A DNA stretch of 64,000 nt, filler included, from Globobulimina sp. (lineage: Eukaryota), in NCBI GenBank assembly GCA_003354225.1. It is 9 parts of 9 records of this genome, joined end to end, with 100 filler letters (N's around TTAATTAATTAA, not from the genome) between each part and the next. Parts side by side here need not be neighbours in the genome. Positions count along the whole stretch, not along the records: positions 36,083 to 43,182 come from PIVH01000199.1; positions 43,283 to 50,376 come from PIVH01000200.1; 7 more parts are not named here. One strand, 5' to 3'. The notes beneath the pieces are model-generated. The model saw nothing but the letters and a program-made list of their open reading frames with translations, was not told the DNA's origin and searched no databases. Shown piece after piece: positions 37,279-49,819 of this stretch; position 1 is the stretch's first letter; each line of letters begins with the position of its first letter. The position numbers were made by a program, and so were the translations under genes.

Positions 37279-38178
37279 ATGGCAGATGCAAAAGACGAAG
37301 AAGAACATAAAAGACTGGATAGGGAACAATTAGCCGGATTAGTTCTTTCTGCTGAAGCTTTTACTAAATTAATATGCGAATCAATACAAGTCATTGATAT
37401 AATAATTGAAGTATCAGACGATGGGACTGAGAAATCAAAAGAAATAAAATGTGATTTACCATTTATAATCGGCGCAATTATTGTGGACTATTTTCGTATT
37501 CAGAATAGAACCGCATATAAAGTCGGCGACGAATTGTGGGTTCGAATGGAAACAGAAAAATTTCGTTCCATTGTTGGTTATTTGCGAGCATCATATCCGT
37601 GGACCAGCAAAGGCAGAAAATTACAAAAAGACAGCGATGCTTATTTAGAAGGACTGGAATTATGGGAGCGATACAGACAAAAATATAAATTGATCGATGA
37701 TATCGATTATGGCGCGGCGTTACACAACGACAAATTACAAATATTTAAGAAAATTGTCGCCGCATTGCCAAATAGGGCAAAAAAGCATGCATCGTCTGAT
37801 CTAATTACATTATATGGCACATATCATTTATTTTCATCATTTGGAGTGGCCACACGTGACATTATTGGTTGCGGTGCCATCGGAAGGGATGATTTTGAAT
37901 TTCATTGGGAATTATATGGTGATAACATTGAAAATTTAGCAAACCATTTGACTACACAGGACATCAATGAATGGAGACCTTCAATTAATAAAATAAATCA
38001 TTTCAAAAGTCAGCTCTATGCAGAACTAATCAATGCATTGTTTCCCTTCGATAGACCAAAGGCCAAAATCAGAAAAATCCATTTATCCACGGACATGTTC
38101 AGAGATAGAACAAAATATATTTATGACCTCTATATCGGGAAAGATGCGGTTCTATTTCAACGAGTACACTCTGACTAA
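37279..38178 (+). CDS. Hypothetical protein
   Basis: 299-codon ATG-initiated ORF with globular composition; LPFIIGAIIVDY motif near the N-terminus. Confidence 0.7.
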   Translation: MADAKDEEEHKRLDREQLAGLVLSAEAFTKLICESIQVIDIIIEVSDDGTEKSKEIKCDLPFIIGAIIVDYFRIQNRTAYKVGDELWVRMETEKFRSIVGYLRASYPWTSKGRKLQKDSDAYLEGLELWERYRQKYKLIDDIDYGAALHNDKLQIFKKIVAALPNRAKKHASSDLITLYGTYHLFSSFGVATRDIIGCGAIGRDDFEFHWELYGDNIENLANHLTTQDINEWRPSINKINHFKSQLYAELINALFPFDRPKAKIRKIHLSTDMFRDRTKYIYDLYIGKDAVLFQRVHSD

Positions 38179-38195
38179 TTATATATATAATTGCA

Positions 38196-39507
38196 TCAAT
38201 GCAACACTTGAGCAGCAGCTTGCTCATCAAAGGTGACATTGTGTAAATTTGCGTATTGCTTTGCCTGTTCAAGAAGAACTTTTGCTTGCTTGCGAGAGCC
38301 AGTCTCTCTTATTTTCCTCGCTTCATTTATCATATGAGACACATGATGTTGATGTGCCCGAGATAGCACTTGTTCCAATTTCTCGGTTTCCACAAAACTT
38401 CCATTCAATTTATGTTGAATATTGCGGATTTCTGAGATGTGTTTCTGACACAAAGACACATCTCCTTTGTTGCTAAATGTCTGTGCATCGGCCAATAATT
38501 TGCTACAATGTGTCCCGTATGCTTTCACTTTCACTCTCTCCAACTCTGCATATTCATTCATAGTAAATATTACACTCAGAATTTTATAGAAATTTATTAA
38601 AATGCAAAGTGCAAACCTTTTTCATCCAATATTCCACCTTCAATCGTATACGTTTGCAACTGATTTAAAACCTGTTCAAATTTCACAATCTCGCCACTTT
38701 CCGCCCAAAATTCAGCTCTATCCAATGACACACGAATGGCATTAGAATAGCCTTTCTCGCGTATCTCATCCACACGTTTTTGTATTCCATCCATTTTATC
38801 CGCTTGTGTGGCACTCATAGCTTCGCCTAAATATTTCTCCATTGCAGTCAATCTGGTTTTCATTGAGTCGTTTGCTGAGCGAGAGTCCCACATTGCATTC
38901 CATTGCGGACTGGCTTGGCCGTCCGCTAACTCCAACTTGGCCTCACTTACTCCGATCACATAGTTTATATACAAGGGATTGCGCAAACGAGTCAAATATA
39001 ATATGATGAACAGAGCTGATCCGCCGGCGATTCTCGCTCCGTACCCCAAGGCTGAGGCTGCTGCACTGCTCTCTGACTCTGCAGTGGCTGTTAGCAACCT
39101 ATATTTGTTTATTTATATGTAAATCAAATCAGAAACACTTGTTTTTATAAAATAAATGAAATGAAATGAACCGAACCATTGTGGTGGCTGTCCCTTCCAT
39201 ATTTGCAGTATGATTCCACCAAGAAAGCTAACGGCGATAACTATTAACGGTCTTAGTAATGGTCGAAGCCAAACTGGTGGAATCCAAATGTGTTTTGCCT
39301 GTCGAGACAACAATTGAGGCGTTTGACGGAGATACAGAGTGTTGTTCTTATAACGGCTGAATTTGTGACTGCAACAAAAAAAATTATAATCAGATCAATG
39401 GTTTTTGCAAAACAATTGCGATTTATATCATTATATCCATACCTTCGTTGGAAATGCATGCATCGATATGAATGATTGGATGCTAAATTCTGTAATCGTA
39501 ATGGCAT
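38196..39507 (-). CDS. Four-exon membrane-anchored helical protein, possibly mitochondrial
   Basis: GT-AG introns join MPLRLQNLAS..QR / SRYKNN..QPPQW / LLTATAES..DEK / ELERVKVK..QVLH in frame. Basic, acid-free N-terminus and two hydrophobic segments. Confidence 0.65.
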
Positions 39508-39842
39508 CGAAAATCGACCAACTACATAAACTATTTATATTTGAAACATCACATGTGTTGGATTTGGAATTGCAACATTTTCTTTTTGCAAACCTGAACG
39601 CGTGCACCAACTCATTGTTTTTGAAGTGTTTTGAGCTATTCCAGAAAACTGCACTAATTTGATTTTAATACATTTTCCGAGAGTTGCATTGTGTGTAGTT
39701 GCAGCTGCTACATTATTTTGGAGGAGAATTGAACAGAACTCATAATTGATCAGAATCAACCATCAATTCTCTATTTTATACATTTCCATCACATCATCAT
39801 CATTTGATTTAACCGGAAGCAAAATACATTAAATTAATCACT

Positions 39843-40572
39843 ATGGCAACCAACAAAACCTATCAATTTAAATTGGTATTACTCGGCGATACTTCAGTAG
39901 GAAAATCAAGCATTGTTATTCGTTTTGTGAAGGGGCAATTTTCTGAATATCAAGAATCAACCATCGGAGCGGCATTCTTAACGCAGACTGTGCCTGTTCA
40001 AGATTGTACAGTCAAGTTCGAGATTTGGGACACGGCCGGACAGGAAAGGTATCATTCGTTGGCACCAATGTATTACAGAGGGGCCGCCGCCGCCATCGTA
40101 GTGTATGACATCACCTCCCAAGTTAAGCATACCTACAATCAAAATCTAAAATAAATACCTAAATGTGTTGCAATTCTAAATAGGAATCATTTCACAGAGC
40201 CAAATCATGGGTAAAGGAGTTGCAAAGACAGGGAAGTCCGGATGTGGTTATTGCGTTGGCGGGGAATAAAATCGACCGCGAGGAAGAGCGCGAAGTGGCC
40301 GCAGCCGACGCCAAACAATACGCCGACGACAATTCTCTATATTTTATTGAAACCTCTGCTAAGACAAACGTCAATGTTCGAGAATTATTCCTTGCGATTG
40401 CTAGACAATTACCAAAGGTATTTATTTTCTTTTCTTTTGTCACTGTTTGTATTTTAGTAATACGCATAATCGCACCTAACAGGAAAACAATAACGATGCC
40501 AATGACAATGGATTTATTTTAGACGAAGATAGTTATCAACCCGACCCAAAAAAGGGAGGATGTTGTAATTGA
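39843..40572 (+). CDS. RAB5: Rab5 GTPase (3 exons)
   Basis: [59 protein letters not shown]-terminal GGCCN. Introns 40122-40183 and 40418-40482. Confidence 0.97.
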
Positions 40573-40956
40573 TAGCAATATTATATTTTCATCGTGTTCG
40601 TATATAATTAATTGACAACTATAGCTTTAGCTGTTTCATTTTGATCATATATTTCCAAGTATTTGCAACGATTATTCACTAATTTACTATGTCTATCAAA
40701 CTGACTTTTCTTTGAATTTCAATGTGTTTATTTATTTATTTTTTTCGTTTTTTCTCTCCTTCAGTACGTCTGTTGATTTTTCTTCTGAAGTTATTTGTTT
40801 TGTACGTTTGTGTTGGGTAAGTAATTAAAACCTGTTTTTTTTTCAATTGTATCGAATCTATTTTTTGTCGTTATCCTTGCACGCCGCACGCTGACATATT
40901 ATATAAACGGAGCAATAGTTCCAATAGAAATTCACGCCACGTTTTCAGCAGTTATC

Positions 40957-41721
40957 ATGGCAGAGAAAGCAGTGAAAGCGGAAGAAAAAAAATACGACGC
41001 CACTGTGTTGTATATTGAATTTAAATGGGACAAAACCAGAATGAAAAATAAAAAAGATTGCGACACAAAGCATATGTTATATTTGTTGCATTTGGCGCTG
41101 GAAAAAGTTTGTCAGCGCACAAACGAAAGAAATGAACAATTTAAAAATTATGGTCGTAATGATAGAATATTGCAACATCCAGATTATAGCCAGATTATTA
41201 CAAATTTTATTGATTGGCATTTGATGGATTCAGACAATAACAAATTTGATGGCGCTTATTTGGAGAAAACGAATAGAATCGATTTTACCAACACATTAAA
41301 AAAGATTGGCTGTATTAAGGAAGGATGGGCTATAAAAATATATAAATATTTGAAAAAAGATATAAATATCAATACAAAATGGAGATTAGTGAAAATACCA
41401 AATTATAAACATACATCGATTGGAAAAACATTAATGACGCTCTCCGTAAAAGATATGGTGTATATTTTGCAAACTTATGTATTTAATGAATGTATAAAAA
41501 AAGCAAAGAACAATGATTGGAAATTAGATAAATATAAAGATGGTATTGTTGATTTTTTCAGTGAAGAAAATTTAAATGGCGCCGCATTTGCAGCATGTAA
41601 AAAAATGGAATTTAAAAACAAATTAAGAATACATCTTGGTAATGATAAAAAATTAAATGGTCCAATTTCCAAAATGTACACTGTAATTCAGAAATGTGAC
41701 ATAAATGAGGTTCTTAAATAA
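40957..41721 (+). CDS. Hypothetical protein with two divergent SAM-like repeats
   Basis: Internal repeat: IITNF..NKFDGAYL..RIDF..GWAIKIYKYL and IVDFFSEENLNGAAF..KMEF..GPISKMYTVI. Confidence 0.55.
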   Translation: MAEKAVKAEEKKYDATVLYIEFKWDKTRMKNKKDCDTKHMLYLLHLALEKVCQRTNERNEQFKNYGRNDRILQHPDYSQIITNFIDWHLMDSDNNKFDGAYLEKTNRIDFTNTLKKIGCIKEGWAIKIYKYLKKDININTKWRLVKIPNYKHTSIGKTLMTLSVKDMVYILQTYVFNECIKKAKNNDWKLDKYKDGIVDFFSEENLNGAAFAACKKMEFKNKLRIHLGNDKKLNGPISKMYTVIQKCDINEVLK

Positions 41722-41841
41722 TTATTGTCTTTTTTTTTATATTTTTGTTTGGTATTAGCATGCCTTGATCGGTGTACTATTATGAGGGTAAAATGTTCGA
41801 TTATTTGAAAACGCGTTAGTGAACTAGCCAGCTCTGTTAAT

Positions 41842-42972
41842 ATGGAACATAATTCTAATTTCGGATTGAGAGAATCAGCCGAACCGAGAGTAGTGGAATG
41901 GTTATCAGCAACAGGAATGTTTATTGGCGTTTCCATTCTTATCTTGGTGAATATTTCTTTATCAAGCCAGATTATTCCCTATTTGAAAAAAGCAAATGTT
42001 TCAAAATTGATTATGATGTTCAGTTTAGCCACAACCATATTATTCTTATTTTCAGCTAGTGCTGTTTTGATATGTACAGTGCTGGTATTAATATCTGATG
42101 ATCATAATCATGAATTAGCTGTCACCGAAGCATTCGCAAAAATCAGTGTTTCTCTTTATTTTATAGCTCAAACAGCCATGATATTTTTATTTGTAATCAA
42201 AACGCATTTAACATTCAAAGGTTCAGACGTTGGATATTCTCCATTCATTACAAAGTGTTTATATTGTTCATCTGTATTTTTTCTCGTATTTTTCGTATTT
42301 TTTGATTTAGCTCTTTTGTATGAACAATGGAATTTATTTGTAATGGTTGCTGGAAGTTGGGTCGTTTTATATTTTGGTCTGTCACTATCACTTTGTCTCA
42401 CATTTATTCGTAAAATTCAAATATTATTGGAAGTGTCGCATAAAAGTGGTGCTTCCATTGATGAAGATATATTATTTGTGGTTATCAAGCATGCGTTGTT
42501 GGTGCCAATTGCCATCTGTTCATCGTTCATTTGTTTTACATCAACGTTGGTTGTGAATTGTTTAACGAATCCAGGTGAATGGATGCCGTCTGCCATGTTT
42601 TGGATTGTCATGGATTGTACAATCAGTTCAATCAGTATTTATTTATTATTTGCATGGAATGATAAAAAATATAAGAAATATTGCTCCAAATTGCATGCTG
42701 CGTTTACAAATTTGAATATTTTGAAAATTCAAAGAAATCATTCAGATTTAAAACGGAAAAGCAAACCGAAAAACGAAACAGCATCAAAAACAACAAGTAC
42801 ATATAAGGAAAGTCCAGCAAATACATGTACAGAAAGTCCAGCAATTTGTTCTCGGACTCTCCCATCAATTGAAGCTATTGAACCATCATTGTTAGCAAAC
42901 GATCCGTTACAACAAAGTAAAATCGATTTAGATCAAACTATTACCATTGGTGACAGCAACGAAACCTTATAA
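41842..42972 (+). CDS. Seven-TM GPCR-like membrane protein
   Basis: Seven hydrophobic segments, DCTISSISIYLLF..KKYKKYC helix-8-like end and an S/T-rich tail. Confidence 0.65.
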   Translation: MEHNSNFGLRESAEPRVVEWLSATGMFIGVSILILVNISLSSQIIPYLKKANVSKLIMMFSLATTILFLFSASAVLICTVLVLISDDHNHELAVTEAFAKISVSLYFIAQTAMIFLFVIKTHLTFKGSDVGYSPFITKCLYCSSVFFLVFFVFFDLALLYEQWNLFVMVAGSWVVLYFGLSLSLCLTFIRKIQILLEVSHKSGASIDEDILFVVIKHALLVPIAICSSFICFTSTLVVNCLTNPGEWMPSAMFWIVMDCTISSISIYLLFAWNDKKYKKYCSKLHAAFTNLNILKIQRNHSDLKRKSKPKNETASKTTSTYKESPANTCTESPAICSRTLPSIEAIEPSLLANDPLQQSKIDLDQTITIGDSNETL

Positions 42973-43282
42973 ATTATAATTAAATTCAAAGTATATTTGT
43001 GTAAACAATATTATTGATTATATTTTCATTATAATTTGCTAATTAAAAAGATGCAAGATATTGAGATAAGAAGTAATAATTTAATTTAATATTTAATTGG
43101 GTCAGTTACAGCAATATAACAAACGGGAAAAGTATATATATTAATATGAAATATTAATATCACAAAAAAGGGAAATAAGATTNNNNNNNNNNNNNNNNNN
43201 NNNNNNNNNNNNNNNNNNNNNNNNNNTTAATTAATTAANNNNNNNNNNNNNNNNNNNNNNNNNNNNNNNNNNNNNNNNNNNN

Positions 43283-46200
43283 ATACAGAAAACAAAGAAG
43301 AAAAAAAGCAAGAACATGAACATTATGAAATGGAAGATATAATAAAAAACGTTTCTATATGTTTAGGTTTTTTATTACATGAAAATAGTCCATTATGGAA
43401 AGAAAAAAACCGACACCATTCAACCATTGAATTGCTGGGTAAAGACTTACAAAAAAAGAAAAAATCAGAATTAAAATTCTCAGATCGATGTAGTATATTC
43501 CAATCACGCTATGTATTGGGTGTAGAGAGAGAGGAAGAAAACGCATCGCCAACAACAGTTAAACCCGCGACGTCAAGGAAAGTATTTTTAAGCGCTATAC
43601 AAAAGGGCGGAAAAGAACGATTGTTTGATAAAATTATCAGCACTTTGGATGAAAACGAATATAAACCCAAATGGGACGAATTTATTAAATATTGGGATTC
43701 ATGGCAGCAAAATAGAAACATTAAAATGGAGGAATTTAATGATATACAACGGTTTGAATGGGATAAATATCAGAATGATATCAATAACGTCTCAGTTAAA
43801 TATATATAATAATATAATATTATAATAATTTATATAAATGTAACAAATATATATAGAAAACTATTGATACATTACTTGAGTCATTAAAGAAATACGACAG
43901 AAATGAGACTGAGAGAGAAACAAAGAAAGATGAGGAGAGACTGGAGGCATTAAACAATGTTTCGAAAAGGGAGGATATGCGATTGTGGTTAAAACAATAT
44001 AAGAAACACTCCGATTCAGAGCGTGATATCGAATTTACATCGACAATAATTGATAGTTCATCCATTTTATATAAGTCCATCACCGGCTTTGATTTAGACG
44101 ACGATATCGATTTAAAATACGACATATCTGTTAATAATTTACCATTTAAGAAATGGAAATGGCAACATGTTGTATTTTGGATAGAAAAGTTGGCGGATCA
44201 TCAATTTTTTGCCTCTGTATTTCGGGAATGGGAAATTAACGGCGCTGAGTTGTTGCAAATGAACGAGAAACAAATTATATGGCTCACGCAATGTTGTTAT
44301 AGCGCAGAAACAGTAAATAAAGAAATTGTGAAAGATTTAATCATTCAGGTCAATAAAACTGTGATTTCCACCATAATTACGTACCAATATGGATTATATT
44401 ACAAACAAATTAAAAAACACCCGGATATATCTGAATTATTGGACTATTTAAATCCGAAAAAAGAACAAGGACCAAAAGCATTATGGTATATAAAAAAAAT
44501 ATGCATTCACTGATTCACATACACCATATAAATATATTAATATACAGGAAATTGGACGCATTTTATTTCAGTAAAATAGATAATATGTTGGCAATGTTAG
44601 TCGCTCCAAAAGGATGTCGTCACTTATTTCGAGAATGGAATCCAAAATTTATATTTGATGACGAAGATACACATACAAGTGATCTCACCAGGCTCGGTAC
44701 CCGGGGAAAGACACAGAAAACCCTCAAAGACCGTACTCAATTGGCTCAACCGCAACAGCTACGTAGTCATAGTGATCATGAGGACATTGTTGCTGATCAT
44801 GAGGACAAAAAACCGCACGTTTTACCGACATCAGTCCGATATATTGATGTGATCGATAAACTTGTAAATATCCCATGTTGTGAACATAGTGCGTGCGGCA
44901 CATATATTCGCAATTTTGATCGCGTGTATTTGAAAGTCATTTGTTTATTTATATGCGTATTAAGTTTTGGTTGTTTGTTTGCTTGGTTGTGGATGTCTGG
45001 CCGTTCTAGAATGGAGGTTGGTATTTCCATGGAATGGGCGGCCCAATCAATTGTTCAACGGGCTACACAATCTATGGAATACGCATTTTTTATCCCCCAA
45101 ATGGTATTAAATATAGCCGTTGGTGGATTGTCGAGTGGTGATATTACTGTTAATCCAAACGATTATATCAATAACACACAATTCGATGAGTTTTTTGTGC
45201 AGTATAAACATTATAAAGCCTCTGAAAATACAATTTATTCATTATGCATGTACGAATCACAAAATAATTCCATGATTTGTTCGCGTAGTAACGGCACTGA
45301 TCTATGGATATATACATATGGTAACCAGTGTGATCGTGGATGGCTATATGACCCTGTCACGAAACAACGTGATATAAATAATATTGTGTGGGACTCATGC
45401 AATGGAGATGATTCGTACGATCCTACCACAAGAGCTTGGTATGCAAAAGCACAGCAACTTGGGGTTGATGATATAGGTTGGACAGAGCCGTATATTTTTG
45501 CTGTCACCAAGCATCTGGGCATAACTTTAGTTCGTAAGGTGGATTATAATGGAATTGAGGTCATATTTTTGGCAGAATTCACAACTTATGAATTAGATAT
45601 AATATTTGATGCGATTGGGAGTGTAACTACGGCTGTTACCTATTTAGCAACCTCTGCTGGATCAGTAATAGCATCGAGTACGCACGAATACGATATCATA
45701 AATTGTACGGATTGTTCCGTCGGTAATAATAAGATATTAACAGATTCAATTAAATTATTACGAGCGAAGGCTAATAGTGAAGGTCAAGGTATATCGGATG
45801 CATATATTAATGGCTCAATGTTGACAGAAACAGATTTTACATTAACATTACATTCATTTAAAACTACCTATTTAAGTGGAAATAATTTTGAATATGCTAC
45901 CATTGCGGTGGTGTATGACGATGAACATTTATTCGCCATACAAACTGCAGAATCAGTCACATTAACGTTATATTTGGTGGCATTGCTGTTGGCTTTATCC
46001 GTTTTATGCGGCATGGCTGCGTATTTACAATATCTGCAACATCGAATGAAATATGATTATGACCCGACAGGCATACAAATTCGACAAGAATCTGTACGGT
46101 TAGATGTTATCGCTGATATGACCGATGCTGATGATGCCAGTCCTGAAGCACAGAGAGATTTGGCCAGAGAGAAAGAGAAAGCTTATCTAAGCACAAAATA

Positions 46201-49200
46201 TGACTCCTATCTAATATCAAGCGACTGTGTGTTCGACCACCGTACGATTACAATTTGCTCGTTTTGGTACATGTTGGTGGTATTTTTACTCACATTTTTT
46301 ATTTGGCAAAAGAATGTCGATTCCGTTTTAGATGATGTTGAAGAAACCTTCCTTGTTCAGGAATTTATGATTATTGAAGATAAGGTGGTAAACATTGTCG
46401 CCGTGGCTGAATCCATTGCAGATATTGTGTTGGACAGATTCGATCGCGGCGATATGGCTTTAAAAGCTGTGCAAAATATACCAACCGAATTAGATGTATT
46501 TTTTGCGAATATAATGCAGAATTTTAAATTGCCAAACGGCGACTTCTATGCTCATATGGTGTATATTGGTACGCCGGATGGGAAGCTTATTGGTTGTCGC
46601 AGAGAAACAGAGGATGCCAACATAGCAAAATATGGAAATGCGTTGCGAATTACTGTTCGAGATAATTCTACAGATTGGAAATATTTGCATTTCGCTGCTA
46701 ATTCAGATACGTTACAAAGAGAAAGTGTGTCCTCTCCAATAACGAACACAGATTCATACGATCCGCGCTGCCGACCTTGGTACAGCTCCACTGTGAGTTA
46801 TATGGTTGATGATGACATATGGAACGCGTTTGGTGGAGATAACAATTTTATTAACTTTTATTCCGATGACAGCAATTTGTTATCTCCAGCACGAGAGTCG
46901 CAAAATTGCATCGATGCATTGATATATTATCAGGATATATGGAATGTAACACAAGAAGAGTTAGATGCTATTATCTATAATAATTTAACGAGTGATATTT
47001 CGTCAGTGTCATTAAAACCAAATGAAATTTATGCAGACAAAGTGGAAGCAAACGGTATAAGTTATGATATGGTATGGTCGCAATACTTGTTTGCCTCTGG
47101 CCAATTAGGTCTGACTGCGACCAAACCAATTATTGAGAAATCCACAGGCGAATTACTAGCGGTCATGGCAATTGATTTCACTTTAGAAGGTTTGTCAGAT
47201 TATTTGAATACGACAAACAATGTGATTGAAGGTGAAGACTCATGGTTTTCGTGGATTTTTGCAGGCGATGAAGAGAGTGGAGGCAAACATGAAATGATCG
47301 CATCTTCGGATCATCAGATTACGATCCCACTCGATGAGATTGACGGATGTCTGTTAGCGGCTGGTACATCCAGTTCGGATGTGATACAATACTCAGCCAT
47401 AGAGCATCCGAATAAAACCATTCAGATCATATCGAAGGAAATTGTACAATTTTATTTGGCTGACGATGGTTTACCAATTAATGCCACCACAGCCCCTCAA
47501 CATATTAAGTTACCCATAGATTTGCCAGAAGCACTAAGTGGGCGATTTTTAACTTACCCATATTCGAATGAATCGAGGCAAGTGTCGTTAAATTGGATTC
47601 TAACGAAATCAATATCTATTCGTAACTTTGAAACAAAAGAAAACGATGACGTTAAAATAGTATCATTTACTTTGTTTTGTCTGATATTTTCAGTTTATGT
47701 GATTCAAAGCAATTTAGCCATAAGCACAGTGAAAGCAGACGATCATAAAAAATCTGCAATTGACGAACAGCAAGAGATAATATCACAAGATGCATCGTCC
47801 GTAAATATAAATAAAAATACAATAAATGTAAATGTAAAAGAAGAACAAAAACGGGCAAACGATAAATATGCAGAATTGCTCACTGAAATGTGTAACATTG
47901 TGGAAGGATCGTCAGCAGAAATATGGCATTTATTTTTAGAGACTTTTAAAGCCAAAATTGGGGTATTTCCCATGTCGACATCAATTGTGCGGGATTTTAT
48001 GGCCAAAGAATCCAATAAACATATTGCAACCGACGAAGATGAGAATAATATGTTGATTTTATGTGCTCTGCAAGTCGAAAACAAATGGTTTTTATTTAAA
48101 ACATTAAAATTTATAAAATCGTACAGTTGGAACACATTTGTTACGATTCTAATATTTTTCCATTTATCTTTCAGTATTTATTTACCAGAAACACCTTCGA
48201 AATTAAGAGAGTTAGGTTTCCAGCAAACAGGGGCACAACTTTCAATTGGCTTGACTTTATTGGCAATTCTTATAGAAATTATTGATGTTATTCTGCACGG
48301 AGTATCTCGGTACATCGTATTCGGTAAAGTGAAACGTGAGTCCTTGTTATCTTTAATTAAATTGAAACATGGATTTGAGCATCATTATGTTGGACAAATT
48401 AAAAATAAATCAGCATTATGGCTGACATTTTTTGGCACAGCACATTGGCGATTATTTCTAATTCATATTGCTTTGGTTACACTCATTTTTGTGAATATAA
48501 TAACAATGATTTCAATTAAAACAGCTATATTTGAATATTATTTACCTTTGGTACCAATTCTGTTAGTTGTTCGATCCGAAGATGTGCGTACATTTTCCTA
48601 TCAATTGTTCTATGCGGTCTATTTAGCCAAAGACGTATTGTTCAGTTATTTCATATTAGTATTAATTGTAGCAATATTTGCCTTGTCAACATTTAGTGAA
48701 ATATTAAATCCAAATCAATCGACAGATACATATAATTCCAGTGTACGAGCGTTAATAACTACATTCGTGTTTGTGTCAACCGGCGAGAATTACAATGACG
48801 TGGTATACTCAGCAATTGGTAATGATAATGAGTCTGAGCTATGGTTTGTGGACATGGCAGGCACGTTGGCAATGATTAACTTATTATTTTTTGTGAGTGT
48901 CAGTATTATTGGTCTATATTTTTTCATTCCTGTTATGATTCACAAATTCGAATTAGCTTTTTCTCAGTCAAAGGCTGCCATATCTGACAAAAATCTGAAA
49001 ACAAAAATAAATAGCATTATTGCCGCGTTTATCATGCTCGACATGAATGACGATGGCGATATATCTATTGACGAATTTCAACATTTAATTCATTCGTCAA
49101 TTATATCACGTGATGTATTATTTGATGCATTTGCCAATGCGTCGGGCGACGAGGATAATAAAATATCATTATATGAATTTACGTCAACATTAACAAATAG

Positions 49201-49819
49201 AAATGCATTTGCCGCCGCAATCAATGGTATCAAGTGTCAAGTCAATAAAATCCAATCTATGTTAGAATGTAATTGGTACAGAAGACGCAAAAATAGATAT
49301 TATGTGTTGGTGTATGTATTGATACCATCTGTATGTGTTGCATTATTGCGTGGTTTATCTGGACTGGATGTCACATTTCTAAATGGTTTGGTTCACTTGT
49401 TTTTTGTTTTAAACTTCTTAGATATAAATCTGCGATGGTATGCATACGGTAGAAAGAGATATTTATCACTTATAAAATATGAGAACCCGCCATTTATACA
49501 ACAAGCAATTTTCAATTGGCGAGTAAATCGCGATATGACTGATTACATTGATGATAATATAATAGATTTAAGCAATAAGTCGAGAAAATGGTGCAATTAT
49601 TATTTACGTCCAGTAAAACCTCTGTCATCGTGGGATAAAATGACGCTTGGCACCATGCACAGATTTGAATTATATGTTATATGGAGCGGTACGTTGGGAT
49701 TTATAGCAACGTTTATATTCCCATCATCACTCAAAGGTTATTATTATTTGTTTATACAATGTTATTTATTTCGATTATTTACTCTCATTGACACTTGGAC
49801 CTTGTTTGAAATTTTGTGA
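43283..49819 (+). CDS. SAM + 2x (TM-dCache_1-TM) + TPC-like channel domain + EF-hands + partial second channel domain (5'-truncated, 3 visible exons)
   Basis: Introns 43795-43856 and 44486-44547 join the ORFs in frame. SAM-like WKWQHVVFWIEKL..FREWEINGAELL; YDPTTRAWY (45416-45442) and YDPRCRPWY (46757-46783); pore ALITTFVFVSTGENYNDVVY (~48750-48808); EF loop DMNDDGDISIDE (49040-49075). Confidence 0.85.
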
